Assembly: GCA_965262715.1 (NCBI GenBank)
Contig: OZ253553.1
Coordinates: 1,376,001-1,440,000 of the forward strand
DNA from: Bdellovibrionales bacterium
Lineage (GTDB): Bacteria; Bdellovibrionota; Bdellovibrionia; Bdellovibrionales; JAUICD01
DNA length: 64,000 bases
Reading direction: 5' to 3'
The position numbers and the translations under genes were made by a program. The notes beneath the pieces were generated by a model. That model was not told the DNA's origin, searched no databases, and saw only the letters and a list, made by a program, of their open reading frames with translations. Of the stretch, positions 58,793 through 64,000 are shown in pieces (the first letter of the stretch is position 1; the number at the start of each line of letters is the position of its first letter).

Positions 58793-59659
58793 ATGGTCAA
58801 ATGCATAAAGATTAAAAAAAAGCTATTTTTTGTATTTACTATTCCTTTGAGTTTAACTCTTTTTATTTTTATGATTATAGCATTTCAAAACTTTGGATAT
58901 AAAGAAATTCAACATCCTGATTTATTAGAGATAACTGCTACTATGAATGGTGAATTTGTGGATTTCACATTATCGCCTCCTGAGCATAAGAATCTTCAAA
59001 GTGCTACCTCCTTTAATTACACAATAACTAATGAGAATTGGTATGCTTGCTCTGCCCCTAATGTCCATTATCCATGTATGGGCAATAGTCATGAAGTTTT
59101 TAATTTCCCAAATATACAACTTGAGCTTCCAAGGGATACGCATATAGGCGTCTATGATGTTTATGTCAGACTTCAAACATCTGAAAAAGCACAAACTTTT
59201 GGTCAAGAAATTAGTTATGGGCCTGCTTATGAAAAGTCATTAGTCATTGGAAAGTGTGATCAGGATAATTTTCGAATTGTTTCCAAATATATGACTAGTA
59301 ATAACCATTATACATCTTTTTTTAAATTAGAGCTTAATGGGGAAATTTTAGAATCTTTTTATGGAAGGACTTTGTGGAAACTAATGGCAGAAGTGATAGA
59401 CCCAGTTTATGGGAGATGGTATTACAAATTTGATCAAGAAAAAAAGTTTGGCACATGGCGTATTTTATGGCAAGAAGATGATGTACGTTCTCTTTATGGC
59501 AGTGATGTAACATCAGGTGCTACATTTTCAGGAAAATTTAAAATAGAGGTCTTTATTCAACCCTCAGATGAAGAATGTATATATTCAGCAAAAAGCACAT
59601 TCCAGCTTCCAGATTTTGTAATTCCTTCAATTGACCCATCTCATGCTAAGGTAAAATAA
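58793..59659 (+). CDS. Hypothetical exported, beta-rich protein
   Basis: Basic-hydrophobic N-terminus ending IIAFQNF; GAGG upstream; no family recognised. Confidence 0.7.
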   Translation: MVKCIKIKKKLFFVFTIPLSLTLFIFMIIAFQNFGYKEIQHPDLLEITATMNGEFVDFTLSPPEHKNLQSATSFNYTITNENWYACSAPNVHYPCMGNSHEVFNFPNIQLELPRDTHIGVYDVYVRLQTSEKAQTFGQEISYGPAYEKSLVIGKCDQDNFRIVSKYMTSNNHYTSFFKLELNGEILESFYGRTLWKLMAEVIDPVYGRWYYKFDQEKKFGTWRILWQEDDVRSLYGSDVTSGATFSGKFKIEVFIQPSDEECIYSAKSTFQLPDFVIPSIDPSHAKVK

Positions 59660-59662
59660 ATT

Positions 59663-59704
59663 ATGATATTACCTGTAATCGCGTTACCTTACAGGTAATA
59701 TCAT
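59663..59704. terminator. Perfect 16-bp hairpin between convergent genes
   Basis: ATGATATTACCTGTAA-N10-TTACAGGTAATATCAT. Confidence 0.65.
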
Positions 59705-59720
59705 TCTTGAGGTTTAAGAA

Positions 59721-60116
59721 TTAGATCTTTTTAATATTACTTCTGATTATATCTAGGTATTCTTGACCTACATCTTCTGATTTTAAAATACATTCAAGCA
59801 TATCTCTTTTTGTAGAGGGTTTTAAATCTCCTTTACTGGTTATATCCTTTGATATTTCTGTGATTTTAAATTGATAGATTATATCAAATTGAATCCATGT
59901 ATCTTTGGTAAACCAATCATTATTTGCAAAAATCATATAATAACCCTTGCTGTCAAAACACCCTTCATCTCTTTGTCTATAAGTGCTTTCCTGTGATGTT
60001 GTTTTACACATAAGATGGGTATCATTCTTTTGACCTACTATAACAATAAGCTTTTTCCCTTTACTGCTATCTTCAAATGGAAAATTTTTGTGAAACCAAA
60101 TAGAACCTATTTTCAT
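59721..60116 (-). CDS. Putative MazF/PemK-fold toxin
   Basis: MKIGSIW...FPFED...KKLIVIVG...CKTTSQ...KDTWI pattern resembles PemK-like proteins; 8 bp downstream of a Panacea gene. Confidence 0.6.
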   Translation of the reverse strand: MKIGSIWFHKNFPFEDSSKGKKLIVIVGQKNDTHLMCKTTSQESTYRQRDEGCFDSKGYYMIFANNDWFTKDTWIQFDIIYQFKITEISKDITSKGDLKPSTKRDMLECILKSEDVGQEYLDIIRSNIKKI

Positions 60117-60124
60117 TATATATT

Positions 60125-60742
60125 TTATCCGAACATTTTTTTTATTTGAGCGTCATCGTTTTGTCGTTCTTGAGCCTCTTCTATTGAAATGGTATCAGGT
60201 TCGTGTTTTTTGATGTTCAATATGGTAAGATAGTCTATACTGTCATATTTTTTTCTACAATAAGTTTTATACCATAAACCTTGTTTATTATGTGTTATTT
60301 CTGTCATATCTTTTGATTTTTTTTCTTTGTAGCTATTAGCAATCTCTTTAATAATTCTCACCTCTCTAATTGAAAAAAGTTTCTCGTTAAAGCTAACTCT
60401 TGGTTTAAATTCAGTACGGATCATATCTTTGTTTATTTTAACAGTATCAATAGAAAATACTTTGGATAAATCTAGATTGTTGTTTTCTGTCATTTCAATT
60501 TGCTCTCTCATTTGATGTGTATCTATCATTTCATATAAATATTTAGGCACAGGCCCCATATCCCATGCTTCATAATTTAAGCCAGTTACAGATCTCCCTG
60601 TTTGCCTAAAATGTTCAAAATCAAGAAGATATAAAAGCTTAAATAGTTTAACCTTATAACAATGCTTTGTATTTTTAACAAAATAGATCATAGCATGGAT
60701 CATCTTGTCTTTAGTATTATCTATTAAGATCATAGGGTACAC
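60125..60742 (-). CDS. Panacea (DUF4065/SocA-family) antitoxin
   Basis: KVKLFKLLYLLDFEHFRQTGRSVTGLNYEAWDMGPVP...MTEITH...W. Confidence 0.9.
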   Translation of the reverse strand: MYPMILIDNTKDKMIHAMIYFVKNTKHCYKVKLFKLLYLLDFEHFRQTGRSVTGLNYEAWDMGPVPKYLYEMIDTHQMREQIEMTENNNLDLSKVFSIDTVKINKDMIRTEFKPRVSFNEKLFSIREVRIIKEIANSYKEKKSKDMTEITHNKQGLWYKTYCRKKYDSIDYLTILNIKKHEPDTISIEEAQERQNDDAQIKKMFG

Positions 60743-60780
60743 CTGTTAATAACAAACAAAAAATATTTATTTTATTTTTT

Positions 60781-60815
60781 TAATATGATATTATCTTTAA
60801 AAGAATATCATATTA
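60781..60815. promoter_or_regulatory. 12-bp inverted repeat upstream of the Panacea operon, possible operator
   Basis: TAATATGATATT-N11-AATATCATATTA. Confidence 0.4.
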
Positions 60816-60965
60816 ATATTATTTTTGCAAATGATAATACAAATCAAATAATAGTTTTTCTTATCACTGATAATGGCTTATTATCTTTTCACTTTTACAT
60901 AGGATTAAGATAGAGATTGTTGATACTTGTGCAACAAAATCCATTCTCAATTAAACATATATTTA

Positions 60966-63635
60966 TTAAAGGCCATGGCACTTTTTGTACTTCTTACCAC
61001 TTCCACAATGACAAGGGTCATTTCTGCCCAACCTTTTATCAGAACGTACAAAAGGCGTTGTTGATTTTCTTTGAGGAGTCTGCATCTGCCTTCGCCTTTG
61101 TAAGGATTTAAAATTATCTAAATCTTCACCTCCTGACATTTCCATTTGTGAAGGCCGTCTGCCATATCCCATATCATCTTCTAGCGCGTCTGCTCGATCT
61201 GCAACAATTTGAACCTTGAAAAGTTTCTCCAAAGTTTCTGTTTTGATCGTATGATCCATTATTTCAAACGCAGCATAAGCTTCTTTTTTATATTCTATCA
61301 ATGGATCTTTTTGAGCATAACCTCTTAAAGAAACCCCCTCCCTAATATGATCGACTGTTTGAAGATGATCTTTCCATTTTATGTCAATAGTTTGTAATAA
61401 AATCATTTTTTTAATTTGATCATAATAAACATCAAGGTTTGTTTTTTGATTTTTAAAATGATCTCCAATAAGAAGCTTAACATCTTGAGTTAAGATCTCA
61501 CTTGTCCAGTCCTTATCATCTTCAGGCAAAGAAGTGCCAAATTGCTGATATAAAGCGGCATTCAAGCCTTCTAAATCCCAATCCTTTTGTTGTTTAGATT
61601 CAGGAGCATATTGATCTAATAATAGAGATGTGGCCTCTCCTAAATATTCTTTTAAAATAGTTTCAATGTTATCACCATCTAATATTTGTCTTCTTAAAGA
61701 GTAAATAGTCTTTCTTTGCTTGTTCATCACATCATCATAATCAATCAAATGTTTTCTTATATCAAAGTTATGGCCTTCTACTTTTTTCTGAGCTCCTTCA
61801 ATGGCTTTGGACACCATGGAAGATACAATTGGTTCATCTTCTGGAAATTTCATGCGGTTCATAATCTTCTGGATTCTTTCTCCTCCAAAAATTCTCATTA
61901 AACTATCCTCAAGAGATAAGTAAAATAAAGAACTGCCAGGATCACCTTGTCTTCCAGAACGTCCTCTCAACTGATTGTCAATACGACGAGACTCATGCCT
62001 TTCCGTACCTATAATATGAAGGCCGCCAGCCTCAATAACCATATTTTTTTCTTTTTCACATTGAATTAAATATTTTTGATGAGCTTCCTCATATTTTTCA
62101 CTATCAGGCTCTAATGCCTTAGCCATAGCCTCTGGATTTCCTCCAAGAACAATGTCTGTACCCCTTCCAGCCATATTCGTAGCAATGGTCACAGCACATT
62201 TCCTGCCAGCTTGAGCAATGATCTCTGCTTCTCTTTCATGGTGTTTCGCATTGAGCACATTGTGTTTTACATCCATTCGAGATAAAAAATCGCTGATTTT
62301 CTCTGACTTTTCAATACTCACTGTCCCTACTAAAATAGGCTGTCCTTGAACATTTCTTTCTTGGATATCTTTTGCTATAGCCTTGAATTTGGCATCTTCT
62401 GTTTTGTAAATCACATCATCATGATCAATACGCGCAACAAGCTCGTTTGTAGGTACGACATTGACACTTAAATTGTAAATTTTCTGAAATTCAACAGCTT
62501 CTGTATCAGCTGTTCCTGTCATTCCTGCCAGTTTATTATACATTCTAAAATAATTTTGATAAGTGATAGATGCAAGTGTTTGATTTTCATTTTTCACCTG
62601 AACATGTTCCTTAGCTTCAATAGCTTGATGCAAACCATCACTCCATCTACGCCCTGGCTGCAGACGACCTGTAAACTCATCAACAATCATCACTTCACCA
62701 TCCTTAATCATGTAATCAATATCTTTATTGTAGAGATGATGAGCCTTTAATGCCTGATAGATATGATGTAACAGTTCAATGTGTTTAGGGTCATAAAGAT
62801 TGTCTATCTTTAAGAGCTCTTCAACTTTGTTATTTCCCTCTTCTGTGAGCATGGCACTCTTAGATTTTTCCTCAATCGTAAAATGAATTTCTTTCTGAAG
62901 ATCAGGAATGATCTCATTGATTTTTTTGTATTTATCCGTTGATTGCTCTGCCGGCCCAGAAATAATAAGAGGTGTTCTTGCTTCATCAATTAAGATGGAA
63001 TCACATTCATCTATAATGGCAAAGTTATGCTCTCTCTGTACATAGTCCTTAAGATGGTATTTCATGTTATCTCTTAAGTAATCAAAGCCTAACTCATTAT
63101 TAGTGGCATAAAGAATATCTGAGTCGTAGGCTATTTTCCGCTCTTGATCAGATTTAGCATGCATCACAACTCCAACAGAAAGTCCTAAAAATTGATAAAC
63201 TTCTCCCATCCACTGAGCATCACGTGTAGCCAAATAATCATTGACTGTTACTAAATGAACTCCCTTTCCAGTCAATGCATTTAAATAGATAGGAAGGGTT
63301 GCTACTAAAGTTTTACCTTCTCCTGTTTTCATTTCCGCAATCCTGCCTTTATGTAAAATATAACCACCTATAAGCTGAACATCATAATGACGCATGTTAA
63401 GTGTACGGCAAGAAGCTTCACGACAAACAGCAAAGGCTTCTGGCAAAATGTTTTCAAGGCCTTCACCTCTTTCAAGACGTTCTTTAAATTCAGAAGTTTT
63501 AGCTCTCAGTTTATCATCACTTAAAGCTTTCACAGACTCTTCCAGTTCATTAACTTGATTCACTAATGGCTGGAGTTTTTTCATTTCACGTTCATGTGAA
63601 CTTCCAAAAATTTTCATAGCAAGTGTCTTAAGCAT
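60966..63635 (-). CDS. secA: Preprotein translocase ATPase SecA
   Basis: [65 protein letters not shown]. Confidence 0.99.
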   Translation of the reverse strand: MLKTLAMKIFGSSHEREMKKLQPLVNQVNELEESVKALSDDKLRAKTSEFKERLERGEGLENILPEAFAVCREASCRTLNMRHYDVQLIGGYILHKGRIAEMKTGEGKTLVATLPIYLNALTGKGVHLVTVNDYLATRDAQWMGEVYQFLGLSVGVVMHAKSDQERKIAYDSDILYATNNELGFDYLRDNMKYHLKDYVQREHNFAIIDECDSILIDEARTPLIISGPAEQSTDKYKKINEIIPDLQKEIHFTIEEKSKSAMLTEEGNNKVEELLKIDNLYDPKHIELLHHIYQALKAHHLYNKDIDYMIKDGEVMIVDEFTGRLQPGRRWSDGLHQAIEAKEHVQVKNENQTLASITYQNYFRMYNKLAGMTGTADTEAVEFQKIYNLSVNVVPTNELVARIDHDDVIYKTEDAKFKAIAKDIQERNVQGQPILVGTVSIEKSEKISDFLSRMDVKHNVLNAKHHEREAEIIAQAGRKCAVTIATNMAGRGTDIVLGGNPEAMAKALEPDSEKYEEAHQKYLIQCEKEKNMVIEAGGLHIIGTERHESRRIDNQLRGRSGRQGDPGSSLFYLSLEDSLMRIFGGERIQKIMNRMKFPEDEPIVSSMVSKAIEGAQKKVEGHNFDIRKHLIDYDDVMNKQRKTIYSLRRQILDGDNIETILKEYLGEATSLLLDQYAPESKQQKDWDLEGLNAALYQQFGTSLPEDDKDWTSEILTQDVKLLIGDHFKNQKTNLDVYYDQIKKMILLQTIDIKWKDHLQTVDHIREGVSLRGYAQKDPLIEYKKEAYAAFEIMDHTIKTETLEKLFKVQIVADRADALEDDMGYGRRPSQMEMSGGEDLDNFKSLQRRRQMQTPQRKSTTPFVRSDKRLGRNDPCHCGSGKKYKKCHGL

Positions 63636-63643
63636 ATTGTCTT

Positions 63644-64000
63644 TTACTCCTTTTGATGATCAATACGTTTAAATAGAGGAGACGTTTCTGAAATAGGTGA
63701 GCCTTCTTGAAGCAATCCCCATCTTTGAGTATCTTTTAAACAAGGAGTTTGACTCCAACCTATGATGTGCAGCAGCTCATTCATCTTAATAGGCATAATA
63801 GGATATAGTAAAATACCTGAAATACGTAAGCTCTCCAAACAGGTATAAAGGGCTTCACCCGCAATATCTTTTTGTGTTAAGTTAGAATTATCTTTTAAAA
63901 GGATCCATGGTTTTAATTCCTCTAAATAACAATTAGTTTTACTCAAAAAATCAATAATAATATCTACAGCCTTATGAGGTGCTAAATCTTTAATAGCCTT
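63644..64000 (-). CDS. metG: Methionine--tRNA ligase, C-terminal anticodon-binding part (5' truncated by window edge)
   Basis: Frame open to the window end; [11 protein letters not shown]...[20 protein letters not shown]...PLFKRID. Confidence 0.85.
   Translation of the reverse strand, partial: KAIKDLAPHKAVDIIIDFLSKTNCYLEELKPWILLKDNSNLTQKDIAGEALYTCLESLRISGILLYPIMPIKMNELLHIIGWSQTPCLKDTQRWGLLQEGSPISETSPLFKRIDHQKE

Noticed and set aside
63644..63946. Stand-alone 100-aa protein
   Set aside because: The frame stays open to the window edge; it is the C-terminus of MetRS
1..64000. tRNA, rRNA, riboswitch or T-box elements (including upstream of leuS and valS)
   Set aside because: No cloverleaf, T-box or recognisable aptamer motif seen by eye; a covariance-model scan would be needed to exclude them fully

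Overview
AT-rich bacterial chromosome segment (roughly one-third GC by eye). The gene complement suggests a Bdellovibrionota-like, possibly host-associated organism; this is inferred from mevalonate-pathway mvaD, FQN-type signal peptides and three exported ankyrin proteins, and is not verified. A housekeeping backbone (leuS, comM, ruvC, agmatinase, two acyl-CoA dehydrogenases, mvaD, cutA, LolC/E-type permease, valS, mraY-murD, rpsU-yqeY, MacAB-TolC-type pump, secA, 3' end of metG) is interleaved with accessory modules. (1) A type I R-M locus carries an embedded HEPN toxin, and the cognate MNT antitoxin is fused in-frame to HsdS; an SDH/ClpP-fold protease and an IS30 sit before hsdR. (2) Two ABC-ATPase plus nuclease-like pairs (DUF3226/TOPRIM-like and PIN) and a Panacea plus MazF-like pair. 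(3) An orphan six-Cys bufferin-type precursor. (4) A secreted papain-like protein under a sigma54-type promoter. (5) The 3' end of a group II intron inserted into a small dispersed repeat and truncated by a decayed IS30. Intergenic DNA is dominated by at least four families of non-coding palindromic repeats. The largest family (TA-flanked, MITE-like, about 190-410 bp) carries modular multi-helix cassettes with clear compensatory changes, GNRA loops and strand-specific G.U pairs, and it supplies stop codons or C-termini to neighbouring genes. No tRNA, rRNA or CRISPR array was seen.
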